A stretch of DNA of 63,805 nt, filler included, from Salisapilia sapeloensis CBS 127946 (GCA_023334545.1; 4 parts of 4 records of this genome joined end to end with filler, not necessarily neighbours in it), one strand, 5' to 3'. Counted from the whole stretch's first letter, positions 51,020-62,205 are shown. Made by a program: numbers and translations. Notes: generated by a model not told the origin, from the letters alone.

Positions 51020-53515
51020 ATGTCTGTGGTTGGTATCGATTTCGGGAATGCCGACTGTGTCATCGGCCAAGCCAAGCGCGGTGGCATTGACATTATTTTG
51101 AATGAAAACTCGAATCGCAAGAATCCGTACGTACACGTGGTATCCTACGCCGTTGATACAAGTACCTGATATGTATGTCATATAGGACGCTCGTGGCCGT
51201 GCAGGACAAGCAGCGATTCATCGGTGAATCTGCCGTCAGCCTCGTACGTAGACTAGTAGCAAGATGCACGTAAAAATAGATGTTCATCGATATGTCTATA
51301 GGCGCGTATGCACTTTAAGAACACCGTCACGGATGTCAAGCGATTGATGGGACGCAAGTTCAAGCACCAGGAGGTGCAGGATGAGATCTCCCGTCTCGCA
51401 TTCCGCTGCACGGAGCTCCAGAACGGCGACGTCGGCATCGTCCTCAACTACGATGGCAAGGACGTTACCTTCTCGTGCGAACAAGTCGTCGGCATGCTGC
51501 TCAACAAGATGCAGCGCGTCGCCGCTGGTGCCAACGACAACGTTGCACCTGCCTTTGCCGTCGTGTCGTGCCCAGGATACTACAGCGACGCCCAGCGCCG
51601 TGCGCTCCTGAGCGCCTGCACCATCGGAGGCGTCAACTGCCTCCGCATCCTCAACGAACACACGGCCATTGCGCTTGCGTACGGTATCTACAAGTCCGCT
51701 CGCAACCTCTTTGACGAAGAGAAGCCGCAGCACGTCATGTTCATCGACATGGGTCACTCGAGCTACACGGTGTCTATCGTCGCCTTCGTCCAGGGCAAGC
51801 TCCAGGTCAAGTCGGCTTCCTACGACCGATTCCTCGGTGGTCGTGACTTTGACATGGCTCTCGCCAAGGATGCTGCCGCCGCTTTCCAGGAAAAGTACAA
51901 GATCGATCCACTTGCGTCGCCCAAGTCCCGCATCAAGCTCTTGCAGGCGTGTGAAAAGTCCAAGAAGAACCTCAGTCCGCACGGCGTGAACGCCACCTTC
52001 TTGAACATTGAGTGCCTTGCCGAAGACCGTGACTACAGCGCTCAGATCACGCTGGAAAAGTTCGAAGAGCTCATTGATCCGCTCCTCAAGCGTCTCGACG
52101 ACCCGATCAACCAGGCGCTCAAGGACGCTGGTCTCGAGAAGAAGGATCTTAAGGACATTGAGATCATCGGCGGTGGTACTCGTGTCGCCAGTGTCAAGCG
52201 CCACTTGTCCAAGTTCTTCGGACTGGACGAAAGCGCGCAGAACTACGGTCTCAGCACGACGTTAAACGCCGACGAGTGTATCGCTCGTGGCTGTGCCCTC
52301 CAGTGCGCTATCCTGTCTCCTGTTTTCAAGGTGAAGGAGTTCCAGGTGAGCGACCGCATCGGCTTCCCGGTTAAGATTACGTGGGACGACGCGACGGACG
52401 TGTCTGCCCCTGTCGACAGCGAAGAGAACGATGAGGACGTGGACATGGAGTCTACGGGCGACCAGTCGACGCTCATCTTCTCCCGTGAAGACGAGTACCC
52501 GAAGACCAAGAGGGTGACTGTCCGTCGCGACGCTCCCTTCTCTATCGAAGCTGCGTACGACGAGTCTGCTAAGGAGTTCCTCCCGAAGGAATCCGAGCTT
52601 TCTCTTGGCAAGTACTCTGTCTCTGGCATGCCCCAGGAGCCGTCCAAGATCCGCGTGAACATGCAGACGGACTTGAACGGTATCTTTAGCGTCGTGTCGA
52701 GCCACATGATGCAAGAGGTGGAAGAAGAGGAGAAGGAGGAGGATGCCAAGGAAGGTGAGGAAGCGCCTAAGAAGAAGCGTTTCCGCAAGGTGCCTCTGAC
52801 GGTCGAAGGCAGCGTCCCTGGTCTGTCGGTGAAGGAGGTGAACGCCGCGACGGAGCAGGAGCTCCAGATGGCCCAGCAGGACCGCGTCATCGAAGAGACG
52901 GCCAACAAGCGCAACGAGCTCGAATCGTTCGTGTACGAGATGCGCAACACGTTGAGCGAGCGTCTGTCTTCGTTCGTCAAGAGCGAGGACAAGAGCAACA
53001 TTGAGAACAAGCTCACGGAGACCGAGGACTGGTTGTACACGGATGAAGGCTTTGACAGCGTCAAGCGTATCTATCAGGACAAGTTGGACGAGCTGAAGGG
53101 TCTAACGAACCCGATTGAGTTCCGTTACAACGAGAGCTCGGCGCGTGGTCCGGCTGCGTCGGAGCTTCAGACGATGGTCGAGGAGTACGTTCGCATGGCC
53201 AACTCTGGTGATGACAAGTACGCGCACTGGACGGATGAGGAGCGTAACACGATGCGTCAGAAGTGCGAGGAAGCCAAGACGTGGTTGTACGAGCTCATGG
53301 AGAAGCAGAACGCGCTGGACAACACGACGCCGCCGGTGTTGACGTCGGACAACATTCGACAGAAGGCGCAGGAGGTCAAGGCTGCCGTGACGCCGATTGT
53401 GAACAAGCCCAAGCCTGCCCCCAAGGTGGAGACCCCTGCTGCGCCAGAGGAGACGCCCAAGAAGGAAGAGGACAAGGAAGAGGAGGAGGAAGGAGAGAAA
53501 ATGGACTTGGACTAG
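51020..53515 (+). CDS. Hsp110/SSE-type Hsp70-family chaperone; introns 51127-51185 and 51244-51301
   Basis: MSVVGIDFG...NENSNRKNP, FIDMGHS, TTLNADECIARGCALQCAILSP and RNELESFVYEMR; acidic insertions; tail KMDLD rather than EEVD. Confidence 0.95.
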
Positions 53516-53622
53516 ATTACCTTTGGCCGTTAACAAGATACTGTTTTCCTTTACATCTCTTGTAGATCTGCTCTTGTTCTGGATACTTTGGTGGCAGAGT
53601 CTCACTGGACGATAGGAGGGAG

Positions 53623-54881
53623 ATGAGGAAGAATATGATGGTACTGATACTTTTATGTGGGCAAGTGTGGAGTGCCATGTCTTTAGGTATCCATCTAAAG
53701 ATAAGCACGAAGGGAGAGGATAAAACGGTTGTGCCAGTCGCTTTTGGGTTCTCCAAGTCGCTTGGATATACTATCACAGACTGCGAGTACAAGCAGTGGG
53801 TTCTTGAGGACGAGCGTGCTGGAGGTGTGAATGTGGTGTTCAACAATATAAATACTCCGGGAGCGAAAGTGGTGGTGAGCGATCTGGATGAAATTCGACA
53901 GCAGTACTATACAGATGAGGCGGATGGTGTCGAAACCAAGTATATTCGTGGAAGTGGTGTCATTGTGACATATATGCCGGAGGAAGAGTGTGATGCTAGT
54001 GCAGATGACTTTGGAGTCAAGATAGACCGAGTTGTCTTTCATTATTCGGCCGACTACCTCGCACCCAAGCAAATGGTGTGTGGTGAAGATGATCGGGTGA
54101 ATGCAGTCTGCCTCATTGAGGACGACAAGTTTACTGCTGAAGCTGAAGCGAGTGTGTTTAAAGGAATATTCGAATTATCCCGTGCTGTGGTGAGGATTCT
54201 GCTTCTGTCGGAGAATGGTCTTTGGATACCATGCACCGGATGGCTGTACGGTAATGCTTTCATCGAGTACACGAAGCGTATCATCTACTAACCTTTCGCA
54301 CAGACGACGACTATGTCGTTACTGCCCACCACTGTATCATGGATCAAGCCGCAGCAGATACGGCTAGAATTATGTTCGGTTGTGATGAAGTCGTATGCAA
54401 CAGCACAAATGACGTGTGGGATCGTGTTCCTTGCGAAGATGAAGTTGTCGGGTCAAGATTAATTTCCACTAGCTTTGAACATGACTACTCGGTATTAGCG
54501 CTTCATGACGATACCGGTGGTAACTGGACGAGCAAGTATGGTGCGCTCGAGGTGTCTCGGTCAAAGCCAAAGCTCAATGAGCGCATAGCTGTTATCCAGC
54601 ACCCGTCTGGGCTTGGTAAGAAGATAGCCATTTCAGATGACCAGAATGGAGAGTCTACAGAGTCCCTAATCACGAGGTTGAAGGAAGAAGAGGTGTACTA
54701 TACTGCTGATACGGAAGGTGGTAGCTCTGGAGCGCCTGTGATCGGACTCGAGTCGATGCAAGTGATCGGTATACACTACACCTCAGCGGATAGTGGTTGT
54801 GAAAATGTGGCGCATGCTACTAGTGCTTTTTGGAAAGATGTTCAAGCTAGTATTGAAAAAGATAAAGGCATGTTGGGATGA
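53623..54881 (+). CDS. Secreted trypsin-like serine protease; intron 54251-54303
   Basis: Signal peptide. A 53-nt intron with a TACTAAC branch point joins CTGWLY to DDDYVVTAHHC (His); HDYSVLAL (Asp); DTEGGSSGAPV (Ser). Confidence 0.88.
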
Positions 54882-55548
54882 TATCTGCAAGCATCAATTA
54901 GAACTATTGTTTTTCAATGACTAGGCTCAAATGGTAACACATTTTATGCCGTTTATTAGATCTTTGCTACGTTTAAATGTTCCTCCGGAAGATCCATGTT
55001 CATTGTTGCCATCGCGAACAATTGAAAGGTGACTAGAAAACATGGAACACCTTAACAAATTTTCGTCAAAAGTCCGGCCGTATCAAAGTGTATCTCTCAT
55101 TCTCATTACTCTAGAAACTGGAGCAGGAAGCTATAGGATGTTCATTATAGTAGTAAACGGGCTTCTACAAGATAAAAAAAAAACCATGAATACCATGCTT
55201 TATCTTCAACATCTTCCTACAGTAATTATAGATTTCCAATGCTTAATACAAGCTAATTTCTCATCCATTTGTACTATTCAGATGACTAGACTCAGAAACA
55301 TTAGCAAATTGAGCTGGCGATACCGAAAAGACCAGGTTCTAGTCGAATGAAGTAGTATGCGCAAATTGATACAAGATCTCTTGGAGCAACAAAGATCTCC
55401 TAGTTGTTAATTTATTGCAATAGAACTTATAAATAATTGGCCAACTTGTAGCATACTTTGAAATGTATCAATAGTACATGAACGAACATCGACGGTAGTG
55501 GCCTACCTTTGGCCACGACTTTCGGACGTATAAAACCATTCAGGCACC

Positions 55549-56040
55549 ATGGCGAGGTATGGCCCCTAAACTAGTCTCTTCCTTTGCCTCTGCATTTTAT
55601 AGACGCACTCTCATTGCTATAAAATATGGCTGACTTGTGTTATTTCGTGAATATGCAGTGGATCCACCGAATACAAGCGTGTGCAGGAGGATGAGGAAGA
55701 GTTCCAAAAAGGTCCTATGAGTGTGCTTTTGCAGAGCGTCAAGAACAATACACAAGTCCTCATCAACGTCCGTAACAACCACAAGCTACTTGCACGAGTC
55801 AAGGCATTCGACCGTCATTGCAACATGTACGTGCAACTCCATTTCTTATCAAATCATGAGTTATTCGCATACTTATCGTCTGTCAGGGTCCTGGAGAACG
55901 TAAAGGAGATGTGGACGGAACCTCCCAAGTCTGGCAAAGGCAAAAAGGGAGCAAAGCCGGTGAACAAAGATCGCTTCGTCAGTAAGATGTTCCTACGTGG
56001 TGACTCGGTCATCCTCGTCCTGCGCAATCCAAACACCTAA
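55549..56040 (+). CDS. SNRPD2: Sm core protein D2; exons 55549-55556, 55659-55826, 55887-56040
   Basis: [12 protein letters not shown]...[36 protein letters not shown]...[14 protein letters not shown]. Confidence 0.95.
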
Positions 56041-56224
56041 GCTAAGCTTTGACCAATAACGCACTAGTTTCCATGCTCCTTTATTGGTTTGATCCACTTC
56101 ACTCCTTATCTGCTGCACCTATACGAATGCTATTTATAAACGTTGTCATCCTTTCCATCGGATTAGATGCTCCTGATCTCTGTGCACCTCTCTACCTCAT
56201 GCATCGTTCATTACTGTATATTCG

Positions 56225-56716
56225 ATGCCAGCGTCGCTGTCGGACTTGCCACCACACCTGCTCGCGTGTGAGATATGCTCCTACTTGAGTGCAACCGACT
56301 TGCTTCATCTTGGTAGCTCTAATCGCCACTTGTACCAAGTCAGCTCGAGCTCAGTGCTGTGGGCTCCTCTAATCAAGTGCGAGTTCGGCATCGACCCTGT
56401 GCACATCAGCAAGCGTCTTCCACCGACCTCCCTCTGTCTGATGGTGCCGCAGTCGCCAACAAGAAACTGTCCTCGGTTGAACTGGAAAGCCGTGTACCTC
56501 GCCGCCGTTAAAGACTGTAATGTGCTCACTTGTTCATCTCTTGCTACTGACATGATCTTACCCGAGTGTCCACCTCCGATTGCCTTGTCAAGTGTCGAGC
56601 GAAGGATTCGGACTGAGATGGCGATGATGCTTCAGCTCCAGCACTGTCGGACGAATACGCAAGACCTGATGAACCAGTATGCGTCGTGGATGCTCTCAAG
56701 TCTCAAAGCAGAGTAA
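56225..56716 (+). CDS. Small F-box protein
   Basis: N-terminal LSDLPPHLLACEICSYLSATDLLHLGSSNRHLYQVSSSSVLW; no substrate-binding domain recognised; the 3' end could be spliced. Confidence 0.7.
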   Translation: MPASLSDLPPHLLACEICSYLSATDLLHLGSSNRHLYQVSSSSVLWAPLIKCEFGIDPVHISKRLPPTSLCLMVPQSPTRNCPRLNWKAVYLAAVKDCNVLTCSSLATDMILPECPPPIALSSVERRIRTEMAMMLQLQHCRTNTQDLMNQYASWMLSSLKAE

Positions 56717-56907
56717 AGCTACATGTAAATAAGCACTTGCGCATTTAAACGCTCTTGCTGAGCTCTATTCATGTTTATTTCCTTTACTCGCGTCTACGTT
56801 TCCTTGCAAGGTTTCTTCTGTCGTATAGCTGTATCTTTCATGCAGATAAGAACAAAGTCCAAGGAAAAACAAAGCAATACGTATTTCTTATCCTTTGCTC
56901 CAATGCC

Positions 56908-59900
56908 TCACACAACGGATGATGGCGTGTACACACTACTATTGGGCCCATGCAGTTTCTTGGGGGAATTCGACAAGTCGATCTCGGCCTTTTCACGAGA
57001 CTCTTCCCCTTGCGCAGTCCCATTGTCATACGTACCACTTGCAATCGGCTGCGCTACGTTATCCGGAGAAGACGTGATGTCAATCGCAACGTCCGACCGA
57101 TCGTTTCCACTCGGCACCTGCGCGTTTCCACCCGACAGCGTCGTCCGTTCCGGCACCGCTGGCAAGTTCTCTTCCTGTCGTCCATTCTTCCCGCTCTCTT
57201 TACGACTTGGAGCAGGCAAAGACGATGCATTGGACAGCTTGGCATTGTGTCTCACTGGCGCAGAGTGCGGTGCGACGCTCGAGCTCCCGCCAAAGGATCG
57301 ACTGTTCCCAAGCACCGAAGTAGACGCCGGAGGTCCACCTTGGTCTGGCGGGTGGAAGAAGCAGACGTCTTCGAACATGAGTTCCTGTAACCTCGGTTTA
57401 GTCAATTCGCAGTTCTCGAATTCAAAGTCGAACGGCGTCGCGCACTTGCGTTCCGCAGTCTGGTCTCGCACCAAAGACAAGTACGGATGGTCGAGCGCTT
57501 CTTCTATCGTAATGCGCCGTCGAGGATCAAAGACGAGCATCTTTTCCAACAGATCGAGACACTGGGCAGAGGCACGAGGGTAGATGCTCGATAGAGGTAC
57601 ACGAGGCTTCTTGGGCTGACGCAGGATGAAGCGCTTGGCCTTGGGGTTCGTGATAAAGTCGAGCGTGTCTTCCGCCGGACTCCCAACGACATCCATGATA
57701 ATCTTGAGCTGATGGAGGTAGTCGTGTCCAGGGAAGAGAGGTCTGCGGCCGAGCATTTCGGCTAAGATGCAGCCAATGGCCCACACGTCAACTTGTTTGT
57801 CATACTTGGACGAGAGCAAGAGCTCTGGCGCTCGGTACCATCTTGTGACAACGTACTCTGTCAGCCCAGCGTCCAAGCCATGCACGCCTCGAGCAAGTCC
57901 AAAGTCACATAACTTTAGATCGCAGTTGGAGTTGACGAGCATGTTGCTCGGCTTCAAGTCTCGATGGATGACTTGGGCGGAGTGGACGTAGTGGATGGCG
58001 ACGATCATCTGGTACAAAAAGTACTGGATATGGTCATCTCCGAGACTCTGGTTGGAGTGGATGACACGATGCAAGTCCGTCTCCATCAAGTCCATGACTA
58101 TGTACACGTCGTTGAACTCTGGAAGCGAAGGTGGACGCACAAGATCCAGCAGATTCACGAGGTTCGGGTGGGTTAGATGGCGCATGAGACGGATCTCACG
58201 CAAGATACGCTTCGCATCAATCAAGTCATTGAACGCGTTCGGGATGTTCTTGATCGCCATCGCCTGACCGGTCTCGCTATTACTCGCAGCAATAACACAC
58301 CCATATGCGCCTTGGCCGATGGCCTTGATCATCTGATAGCGCTTCGGAACGTCAAACGTCGTGCTGCCGACACGGAACTGATGGTTGTCCCGCTTCGTGT
58401 CTCGGAAGGAGAAGCCTCGCGCCAGAGCGCCTCGTTGGCTGGCGTTAAATCCGGACGGAGGCGTCTTCCGAGATGCACTCACATCGATCGGAGACATCTG
58501 CACGCCGTTGCGAGACGACTGGAAGGGAGATTCTTGCCTGTCCGCCATACTCCGCTCTGAAGGTTCGAACGTGATGCTTAGCTGGACACGACCGCATGAG
58601 AACTTGGTCTCGTTCGCAGACAAGAGCATGTACCACTGCGGCACACTTCCTTTGGCAATATCTTGCTGCAAGACACTCTCACGAACCGTTCTAGAGGTAC
58701 TTGCGAGCGCCAGGAACGGAGCTAGGTTGACCTTGGCGACACCGACGATCTGCTCCGTGCACTCGCCTTCAAAGCCTTCTTCCTTGACTTCCCACGCTTC
58801 AATCAGCATAAAGCACGGCTTGCCTTTCGATAATCCTTTGAACGGGATCTCTAGTCGTGAGTCCCATGTTGGGTCCGACAGTTCATCCGCGTCGCTCATG
58901 TCCGTTCGAGCAATACAAGACTCGGATGACGTCGGAGCGTAGATGTTCGTCTTGCCGTCTGTTAGAAGACGTAAACCGAGGAAGAGGCGACGACCAGCTT
59001 CATGATGCGAGTCCGTCGGGGTCATCTCGCCATTCGACAGGTTCTGGATCTGCTCTCCCTTGCACGCAGTCACGTGGAGCGTGCCAGGCGGATGGTCCTG
59101 ACTGGCGTTCCCCACGACCGCAGCCATAGGCAACGACAGACTGGACGTGGCGCTGCAGCCAAAGACGGCCGAAGCGGCGACCGGATCCGCGTTGATGTGC
59201 AAGCTCTTAACACGACCGTCAGGTGCGAACTCGATCGTATGCTGCCACTGCTGGGTGAATTTGCGTCCATTGTCTCGATTCTTCATGGTCTCCCGACCAG
59301 CGACCACGGCGGTGCTGCCTTCTTTGGCCTGCGCAATGTCCGTGACGAAGAACGCCGTGAACTCGACCGTCTCATACAGGATTGAAAAGAAATGGAGGAC
59401 GCCGTCAAGACCGTGGTATTCTCCCCAGAACGGGACGGTCGGGGCGTAGTTGGAAGATAGGACAACGTCTCGTGAGAGTTTCGGGAAGAATTGTGGCGAG
59501 GACGCGTGGGAGATGAGGAGCTGGCGGAAGGCCACGTAGAACGAACGAAGGTCTACTTGCGTGGGAGACATTTGCATGGGGAGGGAGGCTGCATCCACGA
59601 GCTGTCCGTTCAGTGTTGGCCGCTTGACACCTTCATCGATGGCCGCTTGCATCATATCGACCCACATATCTTTTTCTAATTCCGTGGCACAGCACAGATG
59701 GAAGTGCTTGTGGCCCTGTGTCTCAATGAGGAAGCCATGTGCCTTGCCGTAATTCTCCGGTCGGACCTTGGTGACGATCATACGGCCGCGGAGGTTCCGA
59801 CCAGAACGAGCGTCTTCTTTAGAGTTGTAGTACGTGAGGGAAGCTCCATCTAGGACGAGATAGCGCTCTTCCCACCGAGGTAGCCAGTCCCCTTTCTTCC

Positions 59901-60102
59901 GTACGAGTCCTTCCCAGTGGACTTCGTGCGTCGGGCCGGCGTTACTATCTCCGGCCGAGCTCGGGCCTTCGTCGGTATCGACGGCGCTGTGTTCTGCTTG
60001 CCCTGCACTGCGCCCCGTGGCGGTGCTTTGGGCTAAGATGTCGTCCGTGGCGGCGGACATGCGTCGTGTAGAAGTTTCTGATCGATTATACGATGCGTCC
60101 AT
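56908..60102 (-). CDS. Multidomain MAP kinase: PH - NTF2/SnoaL-like - C2 - MAPK (TEY)
   Basis: PH (EGLVRKKGDWLPRWEERYLVL...WVDMM); NTF2-like (VPFWGEYHGLDGV...); C2 (GTLHVTACKG...PTWDSRL...VGVAKVNL); kinase IGQGAYG, HRDLKPSN, DFGLAR, LTEYVVTRWYRAPE. Confidence 0.93.
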   Translation of the reverse strand: MDASYNRSETSTRRMSAATDDILAQSTATGRSAGQAEHSAVDTDEGPSSAGDSNAGPTHEVHWEGLVRKKGDWLPRWEERYLVLDGASLTYYNSKEDARSGRNLRGRMIVTKVRPENYGKAHGFLIETQGHKHFHLCCATELEKDMWVDMMQAAIDEGVKRPTLNGQLVDAASLPMQMSPTQVDLRSFYVAFRQLLISHASSPQFFPKLSRDVVLSSNYAPTVPFWGEYHGLDGVLHFFSILYETVEFTAFFVTDIAQAKEGSTAVVAGRETMKNRDNGRKFTQQWQHTIEFAPDGRVKSLHINADPVAASAVFGCSATSSLSLPMAAVVGNASQDHPPGTLHVTACKGEQIQNLSNGEMTPTDSHHEAGRRLFLGLRLLTDGKTNIYAPTSSESCIARTDMSDADELSDPTWDSRLEIPFKGLSKGKPCFMLIEAWEVKEEGFEGECTEQIVGVAKVNLAPFLALASTSRTVRESVLQQDIAKGSVPQWYMLLSANETKFSCGRVQLSITFEPSERSMADRQESPFQSSRNGVQMSPIDVSASRKTPPSGFNASQRGALARGFSFRDTKRDNHQFRVGSTTFDVPKRYQMIKAIGQGAYGCVIAASNSETGQAMAIKNIPNAFNDLIDAKRILREIRLMRHLTHPNLVNLLDLVRPPSLPEFNDVYIVMDLMETDLHRVIHSNQSLGDDHIQYFLYQMIVAIHYVHSAQVIHRDLKPSNMLVNSNCDLKLCDFGLARGVHGLDAGLTEYVVTRWYRAPELLLSSKYDKQVDVWAIGCILAEMLGRRPLFPGHDYLHQLKIIMDVVGSPAEDTLDFITNPKAKRFILRQPKKPRVPLSSIYPRASAQCLDLLEKMLVFDPRRRITIEEALDHPYLSLVRDQTAERKCATPFDFEFENCELTKPRLQELMFEDVCFFHPPDQGGPPASTSVLGNSRSFGGSSSVAPHSAPVRHNAKLSNASSLPAPSRKESGKNGRQEENLPAVPERTTLSGGNAQVPSGNDRSDVAIDITSSPDNVAQPIASGTYDNGTAQGEESREKAEIDLSNSPKKLHGPNSSVYTPSSVV

Positions 60103-60440
60103 GCGTCTAATTTGGTATGTGCTCGATCAAGCGAAGGCCCGTTTTGGTGGCGACCGAGGAAGAGGATATGCGCGTGATCGGACGCAGCTATTCGTATAGT
60201 CTGGATACTAGCACACACACACACTTACAAGCAGTCTCGTGGACGTCACTAGTAGCAAGATGAGAGGGTGGAGGGACTCGTGACCTACGCAGCCGGATTT
60301 CGAGTCGGTGCTGGTTAGTAGTTTTTTGGATGTCTTTTATTTTGTACACGTTGCCACGTCGTGCGTTACAGTAGAGTGGTATTTTACCCAATCACAGACC
60401 TCTTTGAAGCTTTGGCTCCGATAGGATCGAGTCGAAAAGG

Positions 60441-61466
60441 ATGGGGGGAGGTACCCGTCTGGACACTTCAGCTCCTGCTGTGCGAGTGGCAAGAGATATG
60501 ATGCGACCCATGGGACTCTCTGCAATCGCTCTATCCGCAACACCCGAGAACAAAAAGACTTTGGCAACGTCGACTCATACGGAGAAACCAGGTCTGAAGC
60601 TGGTCATCGGCGCTGGTGTCACGCTCGGATATGAATTTGCACTCGGACATGCATTGGAGTTTGTTAAAATCGTTAAGCAAACTTCTCCTAATAAATCCTA
60701 TCTGCAAGTGATCAATGGCATCGTGTCCAAGAAAGGGGTGGCTGGCATCTGGGATGGATTCATGCCATGGGGAGCCGTCCAAGGTGTCTTCAAAGGTGCT
60801 GTCTTCTCCTGGGGGCACGCTACCACGCGCAAAGTGGTGCAGCCACTGGTGGACAACCAGACGATCTCTGTTGGTGTCGCGGAAGTGCTTGCTGGTGGTG
60901 CAGGCGGTGGTTTCCAAGGCTTTGTGCTTAGTCCCACGCTCTTGTTAAAGACGCGTGTGATGACAGATCCGGTCTTTCGTTTGAACATGACGCCGCTAGA
61001 GACGAGTAAGAAGAGTCTAGAGATCGGGATGAAAGTGATCCATCAAGAAGGCATCGCAGCGCTCATGAAAGGCTCGATCGTCTTCTCCATGAAACGCGTG
61101 GCGGACTGGTCCACTCGCTTCTTCTTCTCCGTCCTCGCAGAGAACCTCCTGTACAAGCGAAAGGATCCTACGTATCAATTGACGACGAGTGAAAAGATGA
61201 CTGCGTCGTTACTTGGTGGTGTGGGCAGTACCGTCTGCACGTTACCAATCGACGTCATGGTCGCCCAGATCCAGCAAGCGTCCAAGGCCGGTGCGCAGGT
61301 CGGCGTTATGGAAACCTTCAAGCAAGAATTCAAGCAAGGCGGCATCAAACAAGTTGCTGGATTCGCCACGAACGGATTCGTTGCCCGTGTGGCGCACGTG
61401 TGCTTCACGACCATGATCATGAAGACCGCCACGAGCGTCGTGTACGACGCGATTGAAGGCAAGTAA
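60441..61466 (+). CDS. Mitochondrial carrier (SLC25), Yhm2-like citrate/2-oxoglutarate clade
   Basis: Three carrier repeats. GFMPWGAVQGVFKGAV, KRVADWSTRF and EKMTASLLGG resemble yeast Yhm2 as I recall it; the subfamily needs confirmation. Confidence 0.8.
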   Translation: MGGGTRLDTSAPAVRVARDMMRPMGLSAIALSATPENKKTLATSTHTEKPGLKLVIGAGVTLGYEFALGHALEFVKIVKQTSPNKSYLQVINGIVSKKGVAGIWDGFMPWGAVQGVFKGAVFSWGHATTRKVVQPLVDNQTISVGVAEVLAGGAGGGFQGFVLSPTLLLKTRVMTDPVFRLNMTPLETSKKSLEIGMKVIHQEGIAALMKGSIVFSMKRVADWSTRFFFSVLAENLLYKRKDPTYQLTTSEKMTASLLGGVGSTVCTLPIDVMVAQIQQASKAGAQVGVMETFKQEFKQGGIKQVAGFATNGFVARVAHVCFTTMIMKTATSVVYDAIEGK

Positions 61467-61530
61467 AGAGCGAGGTGCAAGTAGATGGACAAGTGCTTTT
61501 GTTTCTGTACACAACATGCTTTTTTGTCTT

Positions 61531-62205
61531 TCATTGGAATTTTGTGGGAAGGTATCGAGTGTGAGTGTCAAGGAGGTAGTTCTCAGCTCGTTGCATAAGC
61601 TCATAGTCGTCATCCTCTTCATGGTCATACCTTATTTCGTATCGAGACGGATAAGAGCCTGAGAGAATAGTATGAAGTAGCTACGTACCCTAGTAGATGG
61701 CAGAGTCCATGCGCGAATAGCTCTGGCAGGCGTTCATTTAAAGAGCTAAATCCATTTTTCTCTGGCTGCTCACATTGGTGCTGGATATATGGAAGGCTTA
61801 GGAAGATGTCGCCTAGGTATCGGTCGTCTATCGATCGCACGCGTGGGAACCGGCCAGGTCGTGTGATCTATGACAGATCATTTATGGACTGCTGCCGATA
61901 TGTCAAAGATAGAGTGGTACTTTGTGTGCCGGGAAGGAGAGGACATCCGTTGGCTTGTCCTTCTTTCGATACCGCTTGTTTAACTGATGAATGTGGTCGT
62001 CAGTTGTGAGCATGACACCGACATCCCTGCGTTCATTCTTATTAGCACGTACTCGTTTCAACGATGCATTTCGTTTAAATACAAACCATGGACCACCTGG
62101 ACACTTCATACATCGGACCATAGCATTCACTTGTGCGTCCATAAGTGGTAGAGATACTGCATATCGACCTAGTTCCGACCTTAACGGCTTTGCTACCAGT
62201 ACCAT
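61531..62205 (-). CDS. YBEY: YbeY endoribonuclease (organellar rRNA maturation); exons 62205-61921, 61867-61689, 61630-61531
   Basis: LNKRYRKKDKPTDVLSFP, YLGDIFLS and the spliced metal motif HGLCHLLGYDH. Confidence 0.92.

Noticed and set aside
50792-51181. N-terminal extension of the ZIP ORF to 466 aa
   Set aside because: It overlaps the Hsp110 first exon and the shared promoter; the signal peptide begins at ATG 50791.
51296-53064. 302-aa and 273-aa minus-strand ORFs
   Set aside because: Shadows of strongly codon-biased Hsp110; no motifs of their own.
53623-54881. Apparent frameshifted protease pseudogene (two ORFs)
   Set aside because: A 53-nt GT-AG intron with a TACTAAC branch point restores an intact catalytic triad.
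55042-55350. 102-aa ORF between the protease and SmD2
   Set aside because: AT-rich, atypical codon usage, no motif; probably intergenic.
56771-57583. 270-aa plus-strand ORF
   Set aside because: Antisense to the low-complexity MAPK tail.
38002-60102. Functional cluster of lipid-sensing genes (flippase-DysF and PH-C2-MAPK)
   Set aside because: The genes are separated by housekeeping genes and an artificial contig join; nothing in the sequence supports linkage.
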